From Vicugna vicugna (lineage: Eukaryota): a stretch of 64,000 nt of DNA. The stretch is from assembly GCA_013265495.1 (NCBI GenBank), contig MU058584.1:8026407-8090406 (forward strand). The letters run 5' to 3'. Position 1 is the first letter of the stretch. Each line of letters opens with the position of its first letter. The notes beneath the pieces are model-generated. The model was not told the DNA's origin and ran no database searches. It saw only the letters and a program-made list of their open reading frames with translations. This document shows positions 28,235-39,960 of this stretch, piece by piece. Made by a program: the position numbers and the translations under genes.

Positions 28235-28640
28235 TTTTATCATGGTAAGGACACTTACCATGAGATGTGCCTTTTTAACAAATGTGTAAGTGCACAGTGT
28301 GGTATCGTTAACTCCCATCGCAGTGCTGCACAGCGGATCTCTAGAATTTATTCATTTTGTAGAACTGAAACTTTATACCCGTTGAGCAGCAACTCTCCAT
28401 TTCCCTCTTTCCCCCACACCTGGCAACCACCATTCTACTCTCTGTTTCTATGAGTTCGACTGTTTTAGATCCTTCAGATAAGTGAATTCGTGCCGTATTT
28501 GTCCTTTTGTAACTGGCTCATTTCATGTAGCATAACAGTCTTCCAGGTTCACCCATGTTGTCGGATGTGGTAGGGTTTCCTTCTTTTTTAAGGATGACTG
28601 TTATTCCATTGTATGTATTGACCACATTTCCTTCATTCAT
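28235..28640 (-). mobile_element. Older L1 (L1MA-like) 3' end
   Basis: Typical L1MA 3' UTR in antisense (…ACTGAAACTTTATACCC…TGGCAACCACCATTCTACTCTCTG…). Its poly(T) tail was the target of the younger L1. Confidence 0.75.
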
Positions 28641-29269
28641 CAAAGTACATTATGGATTTTTAAGAAATTTTTCAAATGATTTTCACGGGCAGAACCAGGA
28701 GCTGGAATATTTATTCCCTCTCTTTCATCTCATGGTGGTGCACACGGTGTTTGGTATGTGATTGTTACTTAGTGTTCATTCAGTGTTTTACCCCGTAAAA
28801 CATAGTTAGGAAAGGTGTTTACTGTCCCTGCTTAAGCAGTGTAGAAATGGAGGCAGAGACTCGTCTGGGTCTACCAACGCCCCAGGCAGAGAAGACCATA
28901 TGCGGAGTCCCTGAGGATGGAAAGTTCTGGGATGGGAAGGGAGCCGAATTGCCTGGAGCCGGGTGTGAAATGGGTTTGGAAAGCTGAATAGTGACCTGGT
29001 CACTCAGAGCTGTTTACTCAGTCATGACAGGAAGTTTGGGTTTTACTGCAGGTGAGGAGGGAGACCTGATTCATATTTTAGAACCATCACTCAGGACGAT
29101 GTAGGGAGAATGGATTCACCAAGAGGGAAAGTGGGAGCAATAAGAACATTTAGGAGGCCTTTGCAGAGGTCCACCTGAAGATGAGGGGGCTTTGCCTAGG
29201 GCAGACAGGGCAGATTGGAGGAGGAGAGGGCTCTGAGCTAGGGAGCAGGGTGGCACAGACACTGAGATG

Positions 29270-29495
29270 GAGGTTCTGGAATGGAGACCACTGGGGTTCA
29301 TCATCCCTGCCATCACACTTACGAGTTGTGGGAACTTTGGCAGCTTGACTTCATCATGCCTCAGTTTCTTTCTCTGTGCAATTAGAATAATGATTTCTAC
29401 TTACAGAAATATTGTGAGTACTAAATAAATTAATACTTACAAAGCACTTTATAAAGTCCCTAGCACACAGTAAGCACTCAGTAGGTGTTCTTTAT
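29270..29495 (+). mobile_element. MIR SINE
   Basis: GCCTCAGTTTCTTTCTCTGTGCAAT…AGCACACAGTAAGCACTCA. Confidence 0.65.
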
Positions 29496-29705
29496 CGTTA
29501 GCTTTTGGAAGTGGTACCTGTAACACTTGCTGATGAATTGGATTTATCAGGTGGAGAAAAGGGACAAGGCAAAGGCTATATCTTCCTTAAAATGAATTTC
29601 AGAATTCCCAAGCAGAAATAGTCTTCCTTCTCTGTGTAACCTCCGACTACCTTTTTCTTTTTTTTAGTGGCATAATTTTATTGCACATCCAGCCTTACTT
29701 TATAG

Positions 29706-29708
<3 letters not shown>

Positions 29709-29738
<30 letters not shown>
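29709..29738. repeat. (TG)15 microsatellite
   Basis: Directly visible. Confidence 0.95.
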
Positions 29739-29741
<3 letters not shown>

Positions 29742-31690
29742 CTAATGGGTTTTTTTGGTAAGCTTCTTAAGGATTAGAACTGTGTCTAATTCACAGGGTC
29801 TAAGTGATTTCCAAGTAAAAGGTGGGGAGTGCCAGTGAAAACCAAGTATGAGTTTCCTCACAATTACAACCTTCCCCATCTCACCACCCTCACCTCAGAA
29901 GATTCTGAAACAATCACCAAAATGAGCCACTATCACTGATGGGAATGTATTTTATCCCTGAGATGTTTCTGCATAAGAGGCATGTTGAGAACAGCAAATC
30001 CTAAACAGTAATATTGCACATTTGTCATTGAATTGAGCATGAGCATGTGCTTCATGGTATTTCAAAATCGTAGGTATGTAATTATCTATTTAACTGTGTC
30101 AATATTAGAAATGATGATAATGTGAAGTAAGTAACAGCATAAAATAGTATGTGTACGATGACTATATGTAAAATAATAAGGATCGGAGGACAGAACTGAA
30201 TAATGCAGTTAGCTTTTGTTTAAAGTTTTATTGAATGTTTTCTTACAGAGTTAATTAAAAACAAACTTCAGTGTTTCCCTAAGTGTCTTCTATACAACAC
30301 TGACTCTCCAGATGCTTCCAGCAAACAGGATTTCTTTATCAAGTAAATTGATGAAAAATTTCTGTGGAATTTCACCTCTCAGAAAAACACAGAACATAGA
30401 ATCCTATGGGACAAAATCTTTTTCTCTTTGTACTTTTCAACCTTCTTCAGACTAATTTGAACCCCAAACCCTTTCCCCAGGGGACACCCATTTACAGTTG
30501 CCAGAACTATTGTCTGCATTACAGCCTCAGGAAGAACGCAGGTTCAGCGTTGATTTCCCCCACGTGCATGAGCCTTGGTGACCCTCCCCGTGAGCTGTTC
30601 CTGTTGTAACAGGTTGGGGAAGCCCCTTGATAGGATCCTAAAATCCTGTATTCTCTTTACCTTTTCAATCATGTAAAAGGACTTGGATTGTTGCATCTGT
30701 TGACATTTCAACAAGTATTTCTGTAGACTCCTTTCTTGAAATATATTGGTCAAAATGAGAAGACTAAATCATAAGATATGACAAATCCTATAGCTCTTAC
30801 TATATAAATACTGCCAGATGGCTCTCCAAGGTGATTGAACTACTTCATTATTTTATGTCCTGTAAATGTATGACTTGATATTCAGTAATTTTTTTTTACA
30901 TCAAGTCAGTAAATATGCAGTAGCGCTTCACACTTGTTTTAAATTATGTTCTTTATTACAAAGGCTGAAACTTTCCCACATGTTTTGTCACTGAGTTTAC
31001 TAATCTATAAACTACTTACATCGTTTTAATTCTTGTTAAACTTAGCTAATTTTATGACAAATTAGAAATGTACTCAGGAGCTAGAAATGAAAACTGAGTA
31101 CAAACCACTCTATTTCTTTTTACTTGGGACAAAAGAGTCAGGCCCAGTTTATTGAACCAGGCCGAGGCAGCCTTGCCCCTTCCTGCTCCACAGTGAACAC
31201 CCTCTCACCTCTCACAGTAGAATGCAGAGTCCGTGACAGTGAGGATCATGTCAGTCGTGTGAGTTTACACTGTGCTTGGCATTCAGTTGGTATAAGCAGT
31301 GATGGAAAGATGGAGCAAGGACAGAAGGCAGGCAGGAAGTGGGGGATAGAGCGGAGCCTAGTACCTGTCAAATAATGTCCTAATAACAAATCACATCATC
31401 TTTTCATTTCTTTAGCATTTAACAACAGAAAATGTGCTATAGCTCTTATTTCTCACACTTCTTGATCAAGTCACATAAACTCACTGGTCCCATTTTATGG
31501 AGTCTATGAGGATCTCTGAGGTTCCATCTGGTCTTAAAATGATGCTGTGATCTGAATGGTACACTTCAAGCAGAACTTCAGTCCAAACTTGGCTGGGAAT
31601 AAATATATATATATATAAAATCCAGTCCCCTTTTATTTCCCAGGACAAGCAGGGGTGGCCCTCCTTGGTTCTCCCCACTGCTTGCACAAA

Positions 31691-31742
31691 TGCATGCGCG
31701 CATGTACGCACACACACACACATACACACACACACACACACA
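31691..31742. repeat. Alternating purine-pyrimidine tract / (CA)n microsatellite
   Basis: TGCATGCGCGCATGTACGCACACA…(CA)n. Confidence 0.9.
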
Positions 31743-32589
31743 ACCGCATGCTAATTCCTGCCTTAGTCTTTGCTCAGGGAGTTTCCCCTCCTAAAATACC
31801 CTCTCCATCCCTCTCTGCTCACTGACATCCTTCCTACCCTTCAAAGCTTCGCTTAAGTCATATTTGAAGCCATAGCATCATAAAGCTGCTGCCTGTATGT
31901 TAACTTCACTTTCTGTTTTTCCTCTTACGAGCCCCTCCAACATTCCCGTGAGTCCCTCCAGACTTGTCAAGTAAAGACGGGCCAGCAGCTTCAGTTGTCT
32001 GACCCCACCGGGACACTGTCCCTCCCTGCCTGCTGCTGCTGCAGCTCGCAAACCTTGGAAAGGTCCCTGGCTGTGCCCCCGGGGCAATCCCCCCGGGGCC
32101 TGGAGCTGACGTGGTTTGAACTCCCACGCAGAGCTGTTCTGCCCTACTTCTGGATTTTACTGTAACTTGCTTAGCAGCCGGAGGTGCTGAAGGTGCAGAA
32201 AGGCCCTGTGGGTTTGCTTTTGATAGCGTTCAAATTGTTTCCAAAACTGTTCAGCATTTCCTGCCCTTGTTAATGGTCTCCTTGAGCTTTTTTTTTTTTT
32301 TTAATTTTTGGTCATTGTCTGTCCTTCCTGGGCTCCATTCCTTTACTCCTTGTTATTCAGTTTGATCATTCATACTAGTTCTCAGTGTTTGTCCTCAGCA
32401 TGGTGTGACTTTCTCCATTCCCTTTCTCTGTCTCCTTTACCTCCTATTACCCCTCCCCCCAAACACCCAGATCTCTCCTGCCTTTCTTCCTTTTGTCATC
32501 ACTGTCACATCTTTGCTCTGGCACCCAGTTATTGGTATTGTCCCTTGCTTCTATTACTAAAGTAACAAGCTTCCTATGGAGAAATATTT

Positions 32590-32800
32590 CCAAGCCATTA
32601 AGTAGAATTTTTTGGTATCAGACCAACCTCCGTTCAAATGTGACTTCTGACCCTGGTTGTTTGACCTTAGGTGAATTACTCCAACTAATTTGAGTGTCAG
32701 CTTTATCCTCTCATAAAGAAGGGTGATGCATTCCAACTTTCACACATTGTGAGGGTCAATGAGACGATTTTAAAGGCAGTGCTCAGTGTCCCAATAGGTA
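32590..32800 (+). mobile_element. MIR SINE
   Basis: GTTCAAAT…TGACCTTAGGTGAATTACT…TTGTGAGGGTCAATGAGA. Confidence 0.5.
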
Positions 32801-33512
32801 ATACTCCTCAGCCACTCTGTTTCCAACCTTTTCATGAGGAAGCTTCGTTTCTGTGTTGATTGTTACCTTTCTATTCGTTCATTTATCCAGCAGATACTTG
32901 AGCACTGAGCATAAGGCAGGCACTGAGGTAGGACTGGAGACAGAGCGATAAAGCGTGCTAGACAATGTCACTGCCCTCCTGGAGTAGAGCCTAGTGGGAG
33001 ATTCAGGCAAGTAAACTGGCGTCTCGCTCTCCATTTTCCTCCCCCTCACATAGGAGAAGCCTGATGAGCACCTGCTTCCACGTGTCAGATCCTGTGCTTC
33101 ATGCTCGGGTCCCCAGAGAGTCCCACTTCCCCCTCGGGGAGCTGCAGCTTTACAACTGGCTTATGTGGCAGATGGGATGATAATTTAGAGAAAGAACTGA
33201 CTATTTATGGAACAGGTGGGGAGAGAGGAGGGGTGTCTGGGAGGGCTTCACTGAAGAGGTGGGTTGGGAAGGGACTGCTGGCTGTATTCAGGGTGGTGGA
33301 GGAGGGTTTCAGAGTGAGCCACATGCTTAACAAATGACAGTGTGAAATGGCATGGCTCCCTGGGCAGGTAGAGAGCCAAAAGAGATTTAGTTCTGCTGGT
33401 GTATGAGCAGCAAGGAGGGAAATGGTAAGAAATGTGCTGAATAGTCATGAGGGACTTGACTTGAATGCCATGATGGAGAGTTTGGGTTTTTTTTTAAGTT
33501 AAATTTAAATGT

Positions 33513-33772
33513 GTTTTTTATTGAAGTATAGTCGGTTTACAATGTTATGTTAATTTCTGGTGTACAGCGTAATGTTTCAGTTACGCATATACACATTCCT
33601 TTCCATATTTTCTACTCTAGGTTATTACAAGGCATTGAATATATTTCCCTGTGCTATACAGTAGGACCTTGCTGTTTATCTGTTGTATGTATAGTAGTGT
33701 CTGCAAATCCCAAACTCCCAATTTATCCCTCCACACCCCCCATTCTCCCCTGGTAACTGTAAGTTTGTTGTT
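33513..33772 (-). mobile_element. Short L1 3' UTR fragment
   Basis: TTTTTATTGAAGTATAG...CCCTGTGCTATACAGTAGG...GGTAAC, the same 3' UTR type as the young L1s. Confidence 0.85.
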
Positions 33773-34054
33773 CTTTGAAAGTGCAGGAGACCCAGTGAAG
33801 TACGTACAGAAATCCATTTAAGAAATCTAACTGCTGATGCTGGAGAGGGAAGAGGTGGGAAGCAGGGGGCCGGGCAACCTGAATTCTGTCTCCCTGTAAC
33901 AGTTGAGGAGACTAAGGTGTGGGGAGATACGGGAGCATTTCCAAAGTCATACAGAGGGGTAGAGGTAGGATTTAGACCTAGGTAGTCTGACTCTAGAGCT
34001 GATGATCTGGCATATTTGAATCAGTCAGAATGAAACAATACTCATAAACTTTAA

Positions 34055-34200
34055 CACCATCAGAATCTCCCAGTGCTTTGTTAATGCATGGATTCCTGAG
34101 CCCCACCTGAGTCATGGTCTGAGTAGGGCCTGAGAATTGCACTGCTGATGAGTTCCCAAGTGATGCTGAAGTTATAGGGGTTGAAAAGACAGTGAAATCA
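34055..34200. mobile_element. MER5A-like MITE
   Basis: CATCAGAATCTCC…GGGCCTGAGAATTGCA…CCCAAGTGATGCTG. Confidence 0.65.
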
Positions 34201-35379
34201 GAGTACTGGAGTGCCCAAGAAAAGCAGAGCAGTGTAAGTGAGTAAAAATCTGCCGTGATGCAAAAGTTGTCCACGGATAGGAGGTGGGTGCCTCAGAGTC
34301 ACTTTCTGTGGTTTTGAGCCTGCATTAGGACACGTGGACACTGAGGGCAGCTGAGGAACAAGTTCATTCGGAAATGACCGGGCAGAGTGAAGAGTCTGTC
34401 CCAGGCAAGGGAAGTGATGTGAGCAGGGCATGGCTGTGGGAATGTGATGGGACATTAAGAACTCACAGAGAGGAGGGTTCATACTGGGAAAATGTGGAAG
34501 ATAGGACTAGAAAGACAGTCCTGTCTCAAGACAGAGTCCAGAGGGCCTTGAATGTCCTGCTGTTTAAAGTTTAATGGAACTGGCTTATTCAGAGCATTCG
34601 TTTGAGGGGGTAGAAAATATGAATTGAAGAAAGGAGATAAGTCAGAGGGGGACCCCAGCCCTACACTTATTGCTTGAGCAGAAGACGAGCCACCTGGATG
34701 TTCCTCAGACCTTCACTCCTGACAGTTTCCATCCTGCTTCCTCTTCCTCCTTCATCTAGATTTCTAAACTTTTAAACTTTGTGTTCTTATTTATTTCCAA
34801 TTTTTTTCTCTATCTTGTTTTTCTTAGGTAATTCCTTTGTTTTCAGTTTTGTTTAATTTGTAAGCCCATCTTTTTCTGGCCTTTGAAATCTTTTACATCA
34901 TTGATAGAATATCTTTAATCTTAATCTTTTATTTTTTCCTTTTATATTTTAAGCTTCTTATCTCATTAACTTTTGGCCTCTTATTTAAAAGATGCATATT
35001 TTATTTTTCAAATCAACTTATTAATGGATCTTTTGTAAGACGGTTTTTTTGGTACTGTTTCTCAAGTTGAATTCTTATTGCTGTATTTGTTGTTAAATTA
35101 ATTTTGTTTGCAGGTTCAGATTTTTATTTATTTTCAGAATTTAATACTTACTCTGATTTTAAGTTTTAACCACTTTTGTAAGACTTTGACATTCTGATTT
35201 CTCTTACTCTTATTCACATTCATTCATTTTCTCTTTTCTACAAAGATATAGAACATCTTTGATTTTTCTGGAAGTTGTGCATTACCAACATCTTGTATTT
35301 TTCACTCCTTTATGAGTAAATACAAGTGTTAAAAATCGAAACCTTCTGATATGTATAATTATATGTGTTTTGGAGAAAA

Positions 35380-36670
35380 ATAAAATAGGAAAACAGGGAG
35401 AGTTAGTAGAGAGAGGGCCTGCCTGGTAAAGTGACATTTAAATAGAATCAGCCTTGGAGGTTTTTGGTGTAAGAACCTTTGAGGTGAATTGAATAGCATG
35501 TGCTAAGGCCCTGAGGTACAAGCATGTCTGGTAAGTTCAAACTTCAAGGAGACAGTGGCTGGAGGAGAGAGACAGCAAGGAGAGTAGTATTCAAAAAGTT
35601 GGGGAGTAGTAGGGTATAGAAGTTCATATATGGCCTTGTTGTCATTGTAAGGATGTTGGATTTTATTTTCATGAAATTGGGAAGCCCTAGGGTGTTCCAA
35701 GTTAGGGAAGCAATATATTCTGATTTATATTTGTACAGGGTCACTTTGGTTGCTCTTTTGAGAATAGACTGGAGAAGGGCAAGGGGAGAAGGAAGAACCT
35801 GTTGCATTAATCTGGGCAAGCTATCAGGGCGCAGCTGGGCTAGGGTGGAGGCCGTGAAGGTGGTGAAAAGTGGGAAGATTCTTGTTATATGTAGAAATCT
35901 GAGTTGACAGAATTGGATAATACTGAATGTGGGAGATGAGAGAGAAAGAGAAGTTGAGGATGGCTGCAAGATTTTTGCTTTGAGGAACCAGAAAGAATAA
36001 ACTGCCTTATTTTGAGATGGAGCAGACTACAAGAGAAGTGAGCAGGGCACACAGCTGGGGGAAGGGGAGGGGATGGGGGGAAGTGGTACCTCATTTTTCA
36101 GATTGGGTCATATTGGTTTGAAACACTTGATAGACATCTAAATTGAGATACCAAGTAAGTGACTGGATAGGTGGGTCTGGAGTTTAGCAATCAAGTTCCA
36201 TTGAAAATAGAACTTGTATTTTTGAAGCATTAGCAGAGAGATGGTGTTTCAAAATCATGACGCTGGATCGGATCACCTAAGGTGTAGGTGAAAAGTCTGA
36301 AAGGCTTTTCAGACTTTTTGGACCACAGCTACAGTAAGAAATGCGTGTCATGTGGTACACACACACACACACACTCACACACCGATTCAAAAGCCAGTGA
36401 AACAAAACCGATCCTTACCACATATGTTGCATTCCAACATTTTCAATTATATTTTTATATATTTCACAAAACGTACTGGTCATGACCCTCTAAACTGACT
36501 TCATGTTCCACTAACGGTGACAACCCACATTTTGAAAAGCCCTGGCTTAGATGAATATAATCAGAAAAGAAAAGAGGTTTGAGGATGGAGTCCTGGTGCC
36601 CAACTAAATGTTAGAGGTTAACAAATGAGGAGGAGCCAGACAGGCTTCTGAGAAGGTGTGGTCAGTGGAG
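35380..36670 (-). mobile_element. L2 LINE fragment
   Basis: AAGGCCCTGAGG…TAAGGATGTTGGATTTTATT…TCACTTTGGTTGCT…GAGAATAGACTGGAG. Confidence 0.7.
36300..36545. mobile_element. MER112-like hAT element nested in L2
   Basis: …TCAGACTTTT…ACAGTAAGAAAT…(CA)n…TTTGAAAAGCCCTG, interrupting a continuous L2 segment. Confidence 0.55.
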
Positions 36671-37887
36671 AACCAGTTCTCTTGGACATAAGTGGTCTGT
36701 TTCTTTGCTCCCGGCCTGGCTCTCTCTCATCTCACCTCCCATGGTCACTCTCCTCTTTCTTCTATTTCATTCCTTGGATGGACATGGACACATCATCTTC
36801 ACTGCCTAGAGGCTAGTGTGTTTAATTGCCCCAGACTGTATGCTTGGACTATCACAGTGGGATTACAGCGCACACAGAGTGAGGTACGAATCAATGTTTC
36901 ATATTTCTGTTTCTTCAGTTTCTTAGCAATCCACAGCAGAGCAAACTTCTCACTGACTCCTTTCTTCTTTAGGCCAGTGACATCAGACTCTCTAAGGCCA
37001 GCCCACCTCCTCTTTCCTTAGACCTTGTTTGATTCTCCTTTTTTGTGTCTCACAAGGAGACTATGCCCAAATTCTGTTTGCCTATTAACAGGAGAAATTC
37101 AGCTTCCCTTTGGGCCATCTTTGTCTTCCAGACTTAACATGGGACCTATTTTTACGTAAGTAAAGGCTTATTAAAATGTATTTCCAAACAGAAAAGAGGT
37201 TCTCTTCCCCCAAATAATTCTGCACTCCTCTTAAGGAAGCCAACCTGAATACGTACAGCTTTCAAAACACCAGTTTCCCACTTACAGACTTCATGTGTCT
37301 ATTTCTATGCGCCATGTAGTGCTTCTCCAGGCCCAAGACCCCAAGAATAAAACTTTAAAAACAGAGGAGTCCTAGGTATTGCAGAAGATTGTTGGATTTC
37401 CATGTTTAGGGACCATCATGCTATTTCTGTGGTACTTGGTAGTTTTAGTTTTGAAATTGCTAATTACACAGGTTTATTTTAGTATCAAAATGAATGTATA
37501 AACAAAGTGTATTTATAGCCAAATGTTGAAAAATACACTTTACAAAATGCAAAACCATGTAAAACTTTTCAAATCCAGTGTAATAAACTACTATTAAAAC
37601 AGGAAATCTGACATCACATCAGTATTAAGGAGACACAAGGTTGTTGTCGGAGATATAGCTCCCAGTGCTACGATAAAGAAACTTGCTATAAAAGTTTCTT
37701 TTGGAAATGACTATAAAGTAATTGTTACCATAGAGCTTGTGCCAAAGGAATGGGTAATTGCACAGATTATGAAATGAAGTCAAAGATTGGGTCTGTATGT
37801 CTAAGCTGATTTTCACGTTGTTTGAATCTAGGGTGGTATCAACATAAAAAAAAGTGAAATGATTTGTGGAAAATGTTCTTGTTTAGA

Positions 37888-38092
37888 ATGGGGGTTGATT
37901 TGGCCTGCTGCCTGTTTTGTAAATAAAGGTTTAATGGAGCACAGCCAAGCCCACTTATTTAGTATTGTTTATAGCTGTTTATAACAGCAGAGTTGAGCAA
38001 TTGCGATAGAAACCGTATGGCCCGCCCACTGCCCCTCAAGACTAAAATATTTACCACCTGCCCATTACAGATGATGCCTGCTGACTTTGCTT
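37888..38092. mobile_element. MER58A-like hAT MITE
   Basis: GCCTGTTTTGTAAATAAAGGTTT…ACAGCC…GCAGAGTTGAG…TATGGCCC…AAAATATTTAC. Confidence 0.75.
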
Positions 38093-38880
38093 TAGAAAAT
38101 CAAAAACTACTGCTCAGAGTTTTCAGTCTCACCAGTACGATGTCTTCACCCAGGTACAAATAGGAAACTTGAATTCTGATCTTCAGATATTTTGATGAGA
38201 GAAATAAAATTATTATGAAAGTCTTGAATTTGATGTTCTTTCAATATATAGGATAGTTTCTTTTTTCTTCTATAAATTGGCATACTTAGGAAGTTATTTT
38301 GGCAGATCACTCAGATACAAAATGTATGGATTTTTAAAACCCTCTTTTTTGTAAAAAAAAAAAAAACTAGGAAACTAAAAGTAACTTCGAGGTGTGATTG
38401 AGATATATTTGCAATAATTCAGTTTACATATATTGATAGTCTGACATGTAAGTTATAATAAAATATTTACATAATATAAGAGGAGATATAGTTATATAAT
38501 TAGCCAAAGAGTAACAATTAAATTTGTTCTATTCCAGTACAAGATTTCTGAGATTAAGGACATTTCCCAAAAGAATATTAACACATTTAATATGCCATTA
38601 TTTTGAAAAGATATTTTAGAAATTCTTAACTCAGAAATGCGATATGGTTTTTACTTAGCACCTACTATGAGTCAGTGTCCTGGGAGATTTGGAGGAAAAT
38701 GTCTGGATTTCCTCAAATTCCTATTCTTCCACCTCAAAACTTACCTATAGAATCCTTTTCTCCTATCTCAGGAAGAGAGTCTTCTCCAAGGCTATACTCC
38801 CACCTGGGACTATGCTCCATCCCTCCTGTTTCTGCTGAGGTCTTGCTCACTCATCAAGACCAATTGCCTCATGTATCTTT

Positions 38881-39960
38881 TTTTTCTTTTAATAGTTTCT
38901 TGAAGGTTTTTTAAAAATTTTTTTTATTGAGTTATATTCATTTTACAATGTTGTGTCAAATTCCAGTGTAGAGCACAATTTTCAGTTATACATGAACATA
39001 CATACATTCATTGTTACATTCTCTTTCACTGTGAGCTACCACAAGATCTTGTATATATTTGCCTGTGCTACACAGTACAATCTTGTTTATCTATTCTACA
39101 TTTTGAAATCCCAGTCCCTTCCCACCCCCCATCCCCCTGGCAAACACAAGTTTGTATTCTATGTCTATGAATCTATTTCTGTTTTGTATTTATGTTTGGT
39201 TTTTTTTTAGGTTCCGCATATTAGCAATCTCATATGGTATTTTTCTTTCTCTTTCTGGCTTACTTCACTTAGGATGACATTCTCCAGGAACATCCATGTT
39301 GCTGCAAATGGTGTTATGTTGTCATTTTTATGGCTGAATAGTATTCCATTGTATAAATATACCACCTCTTCTTTATCCAGTCATCTGTTGATGGATATTT
39401 AGGCTGTTTCCATGTCTTAGCTATTGTAAATGGCGCTGCTATGAATATTGGGGTACAGGTGTCATTTTGAAGTAGGGTTCCTTCTGGATATATGCCCAGG
39501 AGTAGGATTCCTGGGTCATATGGTAAGTCTATTCCTAGTCTTTTGAGGAATCTCCATACTGTTTTCCACAGTGGCTGTACCAAACTGCATTCCCACCAGC
39601 AGTGAAGGAGGGTTCCCTTTTCTCCACAGCTTCTCCAGCATTTGTCATTTGTGGACTTTTGAATGATGGCCATTCTGACTGGTGTGAGGTGATACCTCAT
39701 TGTAGTTTTGATTTGCATTTCTCTGATAATTAGTGATACTGCATTTTTTCATGTGCCTATTGATCATTTGTATTTCTTCCTTGGAGAATTGCTTGTTTAG
39801 GTCTTCTGCCCATTTTTGGATTGGGTTGTTTGTTTTTTTCTTATTAAGTCATATGAGCTGCTTATATGTTATGGAGATCAAGTCTTCGTTGGTTTCATTT
39901 ACAAAAATTTTCTCCCATTCCATAGGTTGTCGTTTTGTTTTACTTACGGTTTCCTTTGCT
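38881..39960 (-). mobile_element. Young 5'-truncated L1 with extra 3' sequence
   Basis: ORF2 C-terminal peptide [19 protein letters not shown]...YYSAIK (39718-39314). TSD CCTC(A/C)TGTATCTTT at 38867-38880 and 39962-39975. Confidence 0.93.

Noticed and set aside
27086..28318. Long ORFs of 228-410 aa in the ORF track
   Set aside because: Artefacts of translating through the N gap; the real residues are L1 ORF2 fragments.
28690..28760. Possible small exon ending G|GTATGT
   Set aside because: Weak acceptor and no recognisable product.
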